Shown piece by piece: positions 47,985-58,442 of a stretch of 64,000 nt of DNA (the stretch's first letter is position 1; the number at the start of each line of letters is the position of its first letter). The position numbers and the translations under genes are program-made. The notes under the pieces were generated by a model. The model was not told the origin of the DNA. It searched no databases and worked only from the letters and a program-made list of their open reading frames with translations. This DNA comes from Candidatus Multivoradales bacterium (lineage in GTDB: Bacteria > Acidobacteriota > Thermoanaerobaculia > Multivoradales > Multivoraceae). The stretch covers positions 1,504,001 to 1,568,000 of the forward strand of contig CBDCWI010000001.1 of NCBI GenBank assembly GCA_965223325.1, written 5' to 3'.

Positions 47985-48725
47985 TCAGGTCCGCGCGAGC
48001 AGGAAACTGAAGTCGTCCCCGGCTCCGAGTTCCTGGGGCGGAGTGCCGTAACGAAAGACCCGACAGGTATTGGTGAGCGCTCCCTTGAGCTCGATCTGCT
48101 CGCCATCGATCTCGAACATGGTGCCCTCGCGTAGCCCCGCAACGTATATGTCCCGGTTGCGTTCGAGGAACTCCACGATGCGTTCCTCACGCGACTCACC
48201 GAAGTGACCCTCCGGTGAAGCATCGAGGTAGTGCGGGTTGATTTGAAATGGCACGAGACCCAGTGCCGCCTGTGTCTCTGGCTCGACGATCGGCATGTCG
48301 TTGGTCGTGCGAATGGTCGGGCAAGCGAGATTCGCTCCCGCACTCCATCCCAGGTACGGCACTGCGTTCTCGAGCACCCGCCGGCGAATCGCCTGCACGA
48401 TTCCTCGCTCCTGCACCTCTTTGAGCAGGTTCCAGGTGTTGCCTCCTCCGACGGCAATGGCTTCAGCTTCTTCGATGACCGTTCGATGATCGGCGCACGT
48501 GTGAGTACCCAGGACCTCGTAGCCGATCGCGCCGAACTTTCTGCGGACCCGCGCCTCGTAGGCGTCGTAGCCGCTCAGACCGCCGTAGGACTGGATCACG
48601 CCCGCGTAGGGAACGAAGGCGACTCGCTTGACCTGCCTGCCGAGGAAACCCTGGATGAAGGGCAACGCATAGTCGAGGTAGCCATAGCCTTCGGCCTTCG
48701 AGCTGCTGATGAGAAGGAGCCGCAT
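47985..48725 (-). CDS. pepE: Dipeptidase E (S51)
   Basis: FVPYA, VGGGNT, GWSAGANLACPTIRTTNDMPI, INPHY, GESREERI. Confidence 0.95.
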   Translation of the reverse strand: MRLLLISSSKAEGYGYLDYALPFIQGFLGRQVKRVAFVPYAGVIQSYGGLSGYDAYEARVRRKFGAIGYEVLGTHTCADHRTVIEEAEAIAVGGGNTWNLLKEVQERGIVQAIRRRVLENAVPYLGWSAGANLACPTIRTTNDMPIVEPETQAALGLVPFQINPHYLDASPEGHFGESREERIVEFLERNRDIYVAGLREGTMFEIDGEQIELKGALTNTCRVFRYGTPPQELGAGDDFSFLLART

Positions 48726-48760
48726 GGCACCAGCCTACCGTCGCCACACTGGCGCCAGCC

Positions 48761-51462
48761 TTACTCCTCTTTGAGAACCGTCATCGGGGCAATCGCGCTC
48801 GCCCGGCGAGCCGGGGCCACGCATGCGACGGCCGCCGTGACGATGAGCGCAATGGCACCGGCCGCGAAGGTGACGGAATCGTGTGGTGCGATGCCGTAGA
48901 GGAGAGCCGCCATCAATCGACCAAGCACGAGGGCGCCACCGACACCCAGGGCAAGGCCGGCAATGACCGGACGGAATCCTTGTAGAAGAACCATGCGAGT
49001 GACCTCGGTGCGATCGGCGCCAAGGGCCATACGAAGGGCTATCTCGCGGGTGCGCTGGGAGACGACATGCGCGACGACGCCATAGAGGCCGACCATCGCC
49101 AGGAAGAGAGCCAGGAGGGCGAAGCTCGACAGCACCACGAGGTAGAAGCGGGACGGTCCAAGGCTCCGGTCGACTGCCTGAGTCAGGGTTTCGATCTCGC
49201 GCATCGGCAGGTCAGGGTCGAGGCTCGCGAGGGTGGCACGAGCAATCTCAACCACCTCGACGCCAGGGCGGGCGCGCACCAGAACCGTCATCCACGGTGA
49301 ACCCATTTGACCTTGGGCGAAGTACATCTCCGGCTCGGAAACCTGGTCGATTCCGTAGCCGCGGCTGTCGGCGACCACCCCAACGATCTCGAAGGGTTCC
49401 TCGTACTGCCAGTCGAACGAAACCCCTGGGTTGATGCGCTCCCCAACTGCCTCACCGTCAGCGAAGAATCGACTGACGAAGGCCTGGTTCACGATGGCGA
49501 CCGGCACCATGTCTTCTCGATCACCGGGACTGAACACCCGTCCGTCGAGGAGTGGAGTGCGCACGGTGTCGAAGTAACCCGGAGTGACGACGTTCAAGAG
49601 CGCCAGCGGCTCCTTACCGGGCGGAGGCGTAGGCCGGCCAACGAAATCGATCTCGGTGTTCACGCGGTTGCTCCCGAGAGGCCGCGAGAGGGCACCGCCC
49701 ACTGCCTCGACCCCGGGCACCTCGAGCAGCCGCCGCTCGAGCGCCTCGATGAGAGCTGCCGCATCCGGTGACTCGTAGCGGCTGTCGGGCATCGAGAGAT
49801 AGAACGTGGTGACGTTCTCGCGATGGAAACCGAGCTCGACGTCGGCCAGCTTGGTGAAACTGCGCAGGAGCAGACCCGCCCCGAAGAGAAGCATGAACGA
49901 AAGCGCGACCTCGGCCACTAGAAGCAGGCTTCGCGAAAGGCCGCGGCCGGATCGACCGCCGATCTGACGAACCCGCAGGGCATCAGACGACAGGCGCCAG
50001 GCAGGCACAAGGCCGAACAGGAGAAGCATCGCAGTTGCCAGGGTCACCGCAAACGCCACCGAGGAGGCTTCGAGGCCGACCTGATCCAGGCGCGGCAGGT
50101 CGCTTGGAGCGAGCGCCAGGAGACCGCCCAAGAGAGCAGCGCCAAGCATGAGGCCGGCAGCCGACGCCGCAGCCGCCAACAGGCCGTTCTCGAACAGCAG
50201 CTGACGAAAGAGTCGCTGCCGCGTAGCGCCGATTGCGGTGCGAATCGACAGCTCGCGGACACGGCCAGCGCCGTGAACCAGGAGCAGGTTGGCAACGTTG
50301 GCAGCGGCAATCAGGAACAAGAGACCGACCGCGCCAAATAGCAGGTAGAGCGGCGAGCGCGCGGTCGCGGTCATCTTCTCGAGCAGACCCACGACGGCGA
50401 AGCGCCCGTCGGTGCCAGACTCCGGGTACTCCGCCTCGATGCGAGCGCCCAGGGCCAACAACTCCTGTTCGATCGCCTCCTCCGAGATACCTGGCCGACG
50501 TCGGGCGATCGAACGGATCAGGTTGCAGCCCCGGGCGCAGCCTTCGTCGGTGACATATGGGATCCACAGTTGACTCTCTTCGGGAAAGTCGAAGCCCGGC
50601 GGAGCGACACCGACGACGGTGTGAGCCACCGAACTGATCTCAATCTTGGTTCCCAGGACATCCGGCGACTCGTTGAGTCGGTCGCGGTAGTACGACCAGG
50701 AGACCAGGGTCGTAGGGTCGGCTCCGGGTTCCGCATCTTCGGCCCCGAGGTCGCGACCGAGTGCGGGACTCAAACCGAAGGCCGCCAGTGGACCGTCAAG
50801 GACCCGACTGCCGTCGACCAGCTCGGCCCGTTCCCCTCCGGTCAGAGTGAGCGGCGTCGGCGCGTAGCCCAGCACCGCGTCGAGCGTCTCGCTCCATGCG
50901 CCGAGATCTCGAAGATCGGGCCACGAGAGATTGCCTTGGCGCCCCTGTGGTCCCTGATCGAGGTCGTACCGGTAGAGCGCAAACAAATCGTCCGCCGACT
51001 CATAGGGCAGCGGCTGCAGCAGGATCCCGTCGACGACAGTGAACATCGCCGTGCTGGCACCGATTCCGAGCGCCAGCGTCAGCACCTGAACCTGCGACTC
51101 CGTGACTTCTCGTTGGAGATCGCGGCGAGCGTGAACCCCGGCCTCATGCGAAGCGTTCGGGCGGCGTAGCGCAAGTCCTGGAGAATCTGGTCCATGTTCG
51201 AAGCCTCGGAGTAACGGTCGGTCCCACTTGGAGCCGCCGAGTGAATGGGTAGAGGGCTATGAGACCAATCCGTGGGCTCGAGGCGCTCGCGGATCCCGGC
51301 AGCCAGCAGCTGGACCAGGGTGATGACCGTGCGCCAGGGACGTGCGAGACGCGACGCGGCGCGTATCCACTCCTCGGCGGTGAGTTCGAGATCGCTCCCG
51401 AGTCGGCTCCGGAACTCGGCCGGAAAGACTCGAGACACCAGGCGCAGGAGAAGAGCTGTCAT
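48761..51462 (-). pseudogene. ADOP permease frameshifted by a 35-nt insertion (51086-51120)
   Basis: The 5' ORF reads QDLRYAARTLRMRPGFTLAA then loses homology; the 3' ORF resumes VLTLALGIGASTAMF in another frame. Confidence 0.85.
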
Positions 51463-51475
51463 CGGCCGCGGACCT

Positions 51476-51814
51476 CTAGACCCGCGCAGGCAGCAGCTGG
51501 CTCTCTTCGAGCAGGTCAACGGTGCGACGAAGCCTCTCGGCCTCGGCGCAAAGTGCCCTCCGACCCGCCGCTGTGATTCGGTAGTAGCGACGCTTCTTGC
51601 CTCGCAGGGGTTCCCCCTCGCCTGCTTCGTGTAGAAGACCGGCCGCCATCAAGCGACCCAGCGTGCGATAGAGCGAACCAATGTCTGGTCGAACGGCACC
51701 GTCTGAAAGCCGCGCCATTTCCTCGAGCAGCGCGTAGCCCCAGAGTTTTCCCACGCGCTCAAAGGCGAGCAGAAGGTAGAAGTCGGTGGCGGAAAGGGGT
51801 GATCTCTGGCTCAT
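51476..51814 (-). CDS. PadR family transcriptional regulator
   Basis: WGYAL, GSLYRTLGRL, KRRYYRITAAGR; imperfect ATATA..TATAT palindrome upstream at 51821-51841. Confidence 0.9.
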   Translation of the reverse strand: MSQRSPLSATDFYLLLAFERVGKLWGYALLEEMARLSDGAVRPDIGSLYRTLGRLMAAGLLHEAGEGEPLRGKKRRYYRITAAGRRALCAEAERLRRTVDLLEESQLLPARV

Positions 51815-51993
51815 GCCTCTATATACGTATGGCGCCTATATTGGTTGCAGTTCTGCCGCAGGACAGCAGCGCGCAGCAAGGATGGGCGAATCGGCTACCC
51901 CTCGAGATGGCTCGAAGCCAAGACCACCGACACAGGCGAGAGCTTGCAGCCTCAAGCCCTCGGGAAGTCCGATAGCCCATAGGATCCACGGTA

Positions 51994-52752
51994 ATGACCT
52001 GGTTCCTCTCCTTCTTCGAGCGCTTCTTCACCGAAGTCGGTCGCTTCTTCGAGATGCTGTGGCAGGTGTTGCGTTGGACGCCACGGCGGCCGTGGGACTT
52101 CCAGGAGCTGCTGGGACAAATGGTGAGGGTAGGAATTCTCTCGGTGCCGGTAGTGCTTCTCACGGCGCTGTTCACTGGCATGGTGATGGCGCTGCAGATG
52201 TACAGCACCTTGGCGCGGGTCAATGCTGAAAGTTATACGGGGTCGATCATTGCCTTGTCGCTGGTCCGCGAACTCGCACCGGTTCTCGGCGCGCTGATGA
52301 TCGCCGGACGCTGCGGCTCGGCGATGGGTGCGGAGCTGGGCACCATGCGGGTCACTGAGCAGATCGATGCGCTCGAAGTCCTGGCTACCGACCCGGTGCA
52401 CTATCTGATCGTGCCGAGGGTGTGGGCGACTGCTATCACTCTGCCACTTCTCATCGGCCTGGCCGACGCGGTGGGCATCTGGGGCGGCTATCTGGTTTCG
52501 GTCGTCATGATGGGGGCCAACCCGGTTTCCTACATGGACAAGTCGTTCCAGTTCATGGAATCGGCAGACATCGCGAGCGGCCTCATCAAAGCGGCGGTGT
52601 TCGGCTTCATCATCGCGCTCATCGGCTGTCAGAAGGGCTTTCACACCCGAGGCGGCGCCAAAGGGGTCGGTCGGGCAACCACCCAGGCCGTGGTGACGGC
52701 GAGCATCTCGGTTCTGATCGTCGACTTCTTCCTGACCAAGATTCTCTTCTAG
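51994..52752 (+). CDS. mlaE: MlaE family ABC permease
   Basis: RELAPV, AGRCGSAMGAELGTMRVTEQIDAL, GGAKGVGRATT. Confidence 0.95.
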   Translation: MTWFLSFFERFFTEVGRFFEMLWQVLRWTPRRPWDFQELLGQMVRVGILSVPVVLLTALFTGMVMALQMYSTLARVNAESYTGSIIALSLVRELAPVLGALMIAGRCGSAMGAELGTMRVTEQIDALEVLATDPVHYLIVPRVWATAITLPLLIGLADAVGIWGGYLVSVVMMGANPVSYMDKSFQFMESADIASGLIKAAVFGFIIALIGCQKGFHTRGGAKGVGRATTQAVVTASISVLIVDFFLTKILF

Positions 52753-52767
52753 TCGAGCCGCCCGCCG

Positions 52768-53529
52768 ATGAACAAGAACGCCACCACCATCGAGATCTCC
52801 GGAGTGCACAAGAGCTTCGGCAGTAAGCATGTCTTGCGCGGCATCGACCTCGAGGTGTTTGACGCCGAGTCGATCGTTCTACTGGGAGGTTCAGGAACCG
52901 GCAAGAGTGTGCTCCTGCGCCACATGATCGGTCTCCTCCACCCTGACCAGGGGGTCGTCCGGGTCGACGGCGTCGATCTCAGCACGCTCGACCGCACCGA
53001 GATCACCGAGTTTCGCCGCCGATTCGGAATGGCCTTTCAAGAGGGTGCGCTCTTCGACTCGATGACGGTCTTTGACAATGTCGCCTTTCCGCTGCGACGC
53101 GCCGAGCGCTTCTCGAAAGGCGAGATCCGCGACCGGGTCGAAGAGTGCCTCGCCATGGTGCAACTCGAGGGCACCGGGCCGTCGTTTCCCGACGAACTCT
53201 CGGGGGGCATGCGGCGGCGAGTGGGCTTTGCGCGGGCCATCGCGCTCAAGCCCGAGATCCTGCTCTTCGATGAACCGAATACCGGTCTCGACCCGGTCAA
53301 CTCGGCTGTCATCGACGACCTGATCATCCGCATGCGCACCGAAACCAGCGCGACGACGGTCACCGTCACGCATGACATGCGGAGTGCGTTTCGGATCGCC
53401 AACCGTATCGTGATGTTGCACCGCGGGCAGATCATCGCCGACGCGCCACCCGATCAATTCAGGGACCTTCCCAACCCTTTGGTTCAGCAGTTCCTCGAAG
53501 GCACTGCCGAGCTAGCCACCGAACCCTAG
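52768..53529 (+). CDS. mlaF: MlaF family ABC ATPase
   Basis: GGSGTGKS, FQEGALFDS, LSGGMRRRV, FDEPNTGLDP, VTHD. Confidence 0.93.
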   Translation: MNKNATTIEISGVHKSFGSKHVLRGIDLEVFDAESIVLLGGSGTGKSVLLRHMIGLLHPDQGVVRVDGVDLSTLDRTEITEFRRRFGMAFQEGALFDSMTVFDNVAFPLRRAERFSKGEIRDRVEECLAMVQLEGTGPSFPDELSGGMRRRVGFARAIALKPEILLFDEPNTGLDPVNSAVIDDLIIRMRTETSATTVTVTHDMRSAFRIANRIVMLHRGQIIADAPPDQFRDLPNPLVQQFLEGTAELATEP

Positions 53530-53541
53530 GAAAAAGACGCC

Positions 53542-55014
53542 ATGTCCAACATCGTCAAAGTCGGCCTTTTCGCCGTCGCCTGTCTCATAGCCGTTGCCGC
53601 GCTGATTCTCCGCGTCGAGGACCTCAACCCCTTCGGTGGCGATCCAATGCGCTACGACGTCTTGTTCGACACCGTCACCGGTCTCGACGACAAGGCCGCG
53701 GTGCGCGTCGCCGGCGTCCGCATCGGTCGCGTCGATGGCATCGAGCTGGTCGACCGGAGGGCCCGGGTCAGGTTGGTAATCGACACCCCCGTCGATCTAC
53801 CCGAGGGCAGCTACGCGTCGATCGCCAACGTTGGTCTGCTGGGAGAGAAGTACGTGGAACTGGTTCCGGGGCCGGCTGGCAACGCGCTCTTGCCTCCCGG
53901 CTCGACGCTCGAAGGTGAGGTGCCGTTGTCGTGGGATCAGGCGATGGCCAAGGTCTCTGAAATCGGTGACTCGGTGCTCGATCTGACGGCCGGCGTCAGT
54001 GGCGATGGCGGCAGCGGCAATCTCGGTCGACTACTCGACAACCTGGCAGCGATGAGCGCCGAGCTGCGCGAGCTGGTGGCAGCCAATCGCGGCCAGATCG
54101 AGGGCACGATCACCAACTTCGATGCGGTCTCACGAACCCTGGCGGTCGAACTTCCCCGCATTGCCGAGCAGATGGCACGAGCCCTCACCCAGATTGAGAC
54201 CGTAGTGGCCGAAAACCGCGACGACTTCGGTGAAGGCCTCTCGAACATCAAACAGCTCACCGAGAGTTTCAAGACCTCGGTCGATAACCTGAACGCCATC
54301 ACCGGCACGCTCGCCTCTGGCGAAGGCAGCCTCGGAAAGCTCCTCAACAGCGACGAAGCGCACGACGGCCTGGTCAGCACGCTCAGTTCGCTCGAAGGAG
54401 GCGTCGAAGAGCTGCGGGCCTCGCTCGGTCGCATCGACAGAATGCAGCTCGATCTCGGCTTCGAGGGCTACTACCTCGAGGATCGCGAGGACTTCCGCAC
54501 CGCTTTCAAGCTCAACATCGACCCGCAGACCAACCGCTTCTACCGCATCGAGGCCGTCGACGACCCCCGCGGCCGTCTGCGCACCGCTCGCGACACCATC
54601 ACCACCACAGTCGACGGAACGACCGAGATCAAGACCATCGAAACCCGGCGGCGCGAAGACAAGATCTTGATCTCGGCGCAGCTTGGGTTCGAGCTCGGTC
54701 AGTTCGATCTGCGCGGCGGGCTCATCGAGTCGAGTGGCGGCGCCGGCCTCGACTGGCGGGCACCATCCGACCGTTTCCGTCTGTCGCTCGACGCTTTCGC
54801 ATTCGGCCGCGACGGCGAGGGGCTGGACGGCGAGGACCTCGCGCCTCGCCTGCGCCTGACCGGCAAGTGGCTCGCCAACGACAACGTCTACTTCGTCGGC
54901 GGCTACGACGACTTCCTCGAGAGCGACACCGGTTCCCTTTTCCTGGGTGTCGGCATTCGCTGGCAGGACGATGACCTGAAGTACCTGCTGGGTTCGGTAC
55001 CCACGAATTTCTAG
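53542..55014 (+). CDS. mlaD: Long MlaD/MCE protein (TM-MCE-helical-beta-rich C-terminus)
   Basis: GLDDKAAVRVAGVRIGRV, GLLGEKYVEL, GSLGKLL; amphipathic beta strands ending FLGVGIRWQDDDLKYLL. Confidence 0.9.
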   Translation: MSNIVKVGLFAVACLIAVAALILRVEDLNPFGGDPMRYDVLFDTVTGLDDKAAVRVAGVRIGRVDGIELVDRRARVRLVIDTPVDLPEGSYASIANVGLLGEKYVELVPGPAGNALLPPGSTLEGEVPLSWDQAMAKVSEIGDSVLDLTAGVSGDGGSGNLGRLLDNLAAMSAELRELVAANRGQIEGTITNFDAVSRTLAVELPRIAEQMARALTQIETVVAENRDDFGEGLSNIKQLTESFKTSVDNLNAITGTLASGEGSLGKLLNSDEAHDGLVSTLSSLEGGVEELRASLGRIDRMQLDLGFEGYYLEDREDFRTAFKLNIDPQTNRFYRIEAVDDPRGRLRTARDTITTTVDGTTEIKTIETRRREDKILISAQLGFELGQFDLRGGLIESSGGAGLDWRAPSDRFRLSLDAFAFGRDGEGLDGEDLAPRLRLTGKWLANDNVYFVGGYDDFLESDTGSLFLGVGIRWQDDDLKYLLGSVPTNF

Positions 55015-55047
55015 CGCGCCCGTGGTTTTACCACGGGCGCGCTAGAA
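55009..55047. repeat. Perfect 18-bp inverted repeat over the mlaD stop codon
   Basis: TTCTAGCGCGCCCGTGGT-TTT-ACCACGGGCGCGCTAGAA. Confidence 0.92.
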
Positions 55048-55703
55048 GTCACATTGGCCGCGCATGCGGTCCGCCGCGTGTGTCGGATGCTCGGGCGCTC
55101 GCCCTGCACTTGCGCTCTTGCACTGCGAAGGGCCGGCGCGCGCGGCGGATCCCGGGCTCCGATGAAACGGTTCCCTGGCGAGAATGGGGGCACACACGGG
55201 CGCGCTAGAAGTCACATTGGCCGCGCATGCGGTCCGCCGCGTGTGTCGGATGCTCGGGCGCTCGCCCTGCACTTGCGCTCTTGCACTGCGAAGGGCCGGC
55301 GCGCGCGGCGGATCCCGGGCTCCGATGAAACGGTTCCCTGGCGAGAATGGGGGCACACACGGGCGCGCTAGAAGTCACATTGGCCGCGCATGCGGTCCGC
55401 CGCGTGTGTCGGATGCTCGGGCGCTCGCCCTGCACTTGCGCTCTTGCACTGCGAAGGGCCGGCGCGCGCGGCGGATCCCGGGCTCCGATGAAACGGTTCC
55501 CTGGCGAGAATGGGGGCACACACGGGCGCGCTAGAAGTCACATTGGCCGCGCATGCGGTCCGCCGCGTGTGTCGGATGCTCGGGCGCTCGCCCTGCACTT
55601 GCGCTCTTGCACTACGAAGGGCCGGCGCGCGCGGCGGATCCCTGGCTCCGATGAAACGGTTCCTGGAGAGAATGGCGGCCCACACGGGCGCTAGAAGTCA
55701 CAT
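55032..55703. repeat. Tandem array of a 163-bp structured unit (3 identical, 1 diverged, plus a stub)
   Basis: CTAGAAGTCACAT junctions at 55042, 55205, 55368, 55531 and 55691 (spacing 163, 163, 163, 160). Confidence 0.95.
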
Positions 55704-55731
55704 CCCCCTCGGGCAGCTCTGCCGGACCCGG

Positions 55732-58182
55732 TCAGTCCGCCCTCAGCGTTCTTGCTGGATCCAGCCGCGCCGCTCTCCTTGCCGGCAGGAAGCCTGCTAG
55801 TTGAGCGACGAAGAGGAGGATCAGGGAAACGGCGATGAAGGTCATCGGCCCGGCGGCGTTGGCGACGGCCAGGCCTTCGAGCTGACTGCCGGCCAGGCGA
55901 ATCATTGCGAACGCGAGCCCCAGGCCGATGACCAGCCCAATGACGGTCAGTTTCGCCGCCTGGCCGACGACCGAACGCACGATTTCTCCCGGCCGAGCGC
56001 CGAGTGCCATGCGGATGCCGATTTCGCGCGAGCGCTGCGCCACCGAGTACGACACCACGCCATAGATGCCGACTGCGGCGAGCGAGAGGGCAATCATCGC
56101 CAGGCAGGTCAAGAGACCGACGATGAAGGTGTTCTGCGTGTCGATTCTGCTGATCACCGAGGTCATCGGCAGCACCTGATCGACGGGCAGACGCGGATCG
56201 ATCTTCCAGATCGTCTGGCGTGCCTCGGCGGTCAGGGCATCGGGGCGGGCGCTGGTTCGCACGGCAAGGAAGACTCCTCGCTGCGGATCCTGGTCGACGG
56301 GCAGCATGACCACCGGCGCATCGCGCTCGGCAAAGCGCAGCGAATGCCGATACATCTGCACGCTTTCGATCACTCCCACCACCCGCCGCGGTGCTTCCGG
56401 CGCACCCCCGCCGACGAGCTGAACGGTGCGGTCGAGTGGAGTCTCGCCCGGCCAAAGGAGCTCTGCAGCGACGCGGTTGAGGACCACAACGGGTTCCGAG
56501 TCTGCGCGATCACGTTCATCGAAGAGGCGACCGCTGGTGAGCTCGGCGCCGAAGGTCTCGAGCCAATGCGGCCCGACCGAGAAGTGAATCGCATTGGGCG
56601 CCGACTCTTCGTCGCTGGCCACCTCGCCCGGTCGCACGGCACGCGTCGTACGAAAACCGGGCCCCAGGGTGAGCGGAAGAAACTGCGATGCGGTGGCCCG
56701 CTCCACCGCCGGCATGGCCGCCAGACCCTTGACAGCCTGGTCGACGAAGCGGGCGCGCTCGGCCGGTGTTTCGTAGTCGTACTCGGGCAGCGACACCTGG
56801 AGGGTGAGCAGGGACTCGGGATCAAAGCCCGGATCGAGCGAATAAAGGTGCTGGAACGAACGGATCAAGCCGCCGGCCGTCCCCAGAAGGGCCAGGGCGA
56901 GCGCAACCTCGGCGGTAATCAAGGCACCGCGCATGAAGCGTCGGCGCGGCCCACCGGATCCGCGACTGCCCTCTCGCAGGACTCCGGAGATGTCAGGGCG
57001 CGAGAGCTGAATGGCCGGCAGCAAACCGAGCAGCAACGCCGCGACCAGAACCACCCCACCGGTGTGTAGGAGCACAGCCGGGTCGAGATCGAGCTGTGCC
57101 GCCAGGAACCCGATGGCCGGGTCGGGCGCGATCAGGTTGCGCACGACGTTGATGCCGTAGCGCGCCAACGCCAACCCCAGTGCCCCACCGAGCATCGCCA
57201 GCAGCAGGCTTTCGGTGAGGAGCTGGCGAATCAATCGCCCGCGACTGGCGCCGAGCGAGGTTCGCATCGCCAGTTCTCGCTCGCGGAGGGTGGCGCGCGA
57301 AAGAATCAGGTTGGCGACGTTGGCGCAGGCGATCAACAGAACGAAGGTGATGGCGCTGTAGAGCAATCCCATCACCAGAGTCGCACCGCCCGAGGCGTTC
57401 TCGCGCATGGTTTCGAGAGTCACCGACCAACCCTTGTGGGTGGCGGGCCAGGTATTGGCCAAGCGCTCACCGAACGCTTCGACGCGCGCCAGGGTTGCCT
57501 CCTTGACGGCCGCATCGGGAAGCCGGCCCACGACGAGATAGGTGCGCGCGTCACGCGGCTCTTTGCCGCGCTCGAGACGCAGCGGCAGCCAGAGATGGGT
57601 CTCACGATCAGGAAAGAAGAAGTTCTCGGCTGCAACACCAACCACCGTGTACGTCTGCCCGTCGAGCACCAGCGAGCGACCGAGAGCCGACCGCTCGCCG
57701 CCGAGCTGCGACTCATAGAAGCTGTGGCTGACCACCGCGACCAGGTCGGCTCCGGTGGCCTCGTCACGACGTTCGATCCCGCGCCCGAGGGCGATCGTCG
57801 GCCCGAAGGCCTCGAGGAAGCCTCCCGAAACCGTCCAGGCCCGTTCGGCCCGCGGCTCGCCGTCGCCACTGCGGTTGACGACGATGTTCGTACCCGCCGC
57901 CAGTCGCTCGAAACCGTCGACCTGCTCCCGCAGGTCGAGAAAGTCGTCGGCCGACCAGACGAACTGGGTCAAGGCCTGTTCCTGGTTCTGCGTCCACACG
58001 ATGGTGAGGCGGTCGGGATCGTCGACGGCAAAAGGCGTCAGCAACCCGGCGACGAGACTGAACACCGTTGCATTGGCGGCAATCGCCAGGCCCAACGCAA
58101 CAACCGCCGCGACTGTAAAGGCAGGACTACGCCGTAGGCTGCGCATGGCGAAGGTGAGATCCCGTCGCAGGTCTTCGAACAT
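55732..58182 (-). CDS. Duplicated orphan ABC permease (ADOP), no prefix and no PadR
   Basis: AGGAGG-MFEDLRRDL, ACANVANL, QLLTES, AEVALAL, REIGIRMALGA, PARRAARLDP. Confidence 0.93.
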   Translation of the reverse strand: MFEDLRRDLTFAMRSLRRSPAFTVAAVVALGLAIAANATVFSLVAGLLTPFAVDDPDRLTIVWTQNQEQALTQFVWSADDFLDLREQVDGFERLAAGTNIVVNRSGDGEPRAERAWTVSGGFLEAFGPTIALGRGIERRDEATGADLVAVVSHSFYESQLGGERSALGRSLVLDGQTYTVVGVAAENFFFPDRETHLWLPLRLERGKEPRDARTYLVVGRLPDAAVKEATLARVEAFGERLANTWPATHKGWSVTLETMRENASGGATLVMGLLYSAITFVLLIACANVANLILSRATLRERELAMRTSLGASRGRLIRQLLTESLLLAMLGGALGLALARYGINVVRNLIAPDPAIGFLAAQLDLDPAVLLHTGGVVLVAALLLGLLPAIQLSRPDISGVLREGSRGSGGPRRRFMRGALITAEVALALALLGTAGGLIRSFQHLYSLDPGFDPESLLTLQVSLPEYDYETPAERARFVDQAVKGLAAMPAVERATASQFLPLTLGPGFRTTRAVRPGEVASDEESAPNAIHFSVGPHWLETFGAELTSGRLFDERDRADSEPVVVLNRVAAELLWPGETPLDRTVQLVGGGAPEAPRRVVGVIESVQMYRHSLRFAERDAPVVMLPVDQDPQRGVFLAVRTSARPDALTAEARQTIWKIDPRLPVDQVLPMTSVISRIDTQNTFIVGLLTCLAMIALSLAAVGIYGVVSYSVAQRSREIGIRMALGARPGEIVRSVVGQAAKLTVIGLVIGLGLAFAMIRLAGSQLEGLAVANAAGPMTFIAVSLILLFVAQLAGFLPARRAARLDPARTLRAD

Positions 58183-58442
58183 TGCGGCTTCCTCCTGAGG
58201 GTTGCCCGGACTACGACCGCACGCGGCCAGCTGTTTCGCTTCGCCGCCCATTGGAATGAATTGGTTCTCGCCCGGGCCGAATTCCTCGTAATTCTCGGGA
58301 GCGAGTTCGAGATCCGCTCGAAAACACCGGCGGAGGGAGGGTAAAACGACGTTCAGATGACTCCCAGTGCAATGAGATTCCGTCTTTTTCCAAGGGTGGC
58401 GCCCCTGCGGGGTGCGGTCCACCGTTCTCTCGGAGATGCCAC

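Noticed and set aside
55130-55195. HDV-like or hammerhead ribozyme in the repeat unit (GGCCGGC...TGGCGAGAATGGG; CCGATGAAAC)
   Set aside because: No downstream P1 partner or nested pseudoknot found by eye; the hammerhead CUGAUGA...GAAA core is not intact
55032-55703. CRISPR array
   Set aside because: Units are identical along their length, so there are no unique spacers; the 163-bp period is too long; no cas genes in the window
55011-55800. ORFs within the 163-bp array
   Set aside because: The period is not a multiple of 3; the ORFs are frame-rotating products of the repeat
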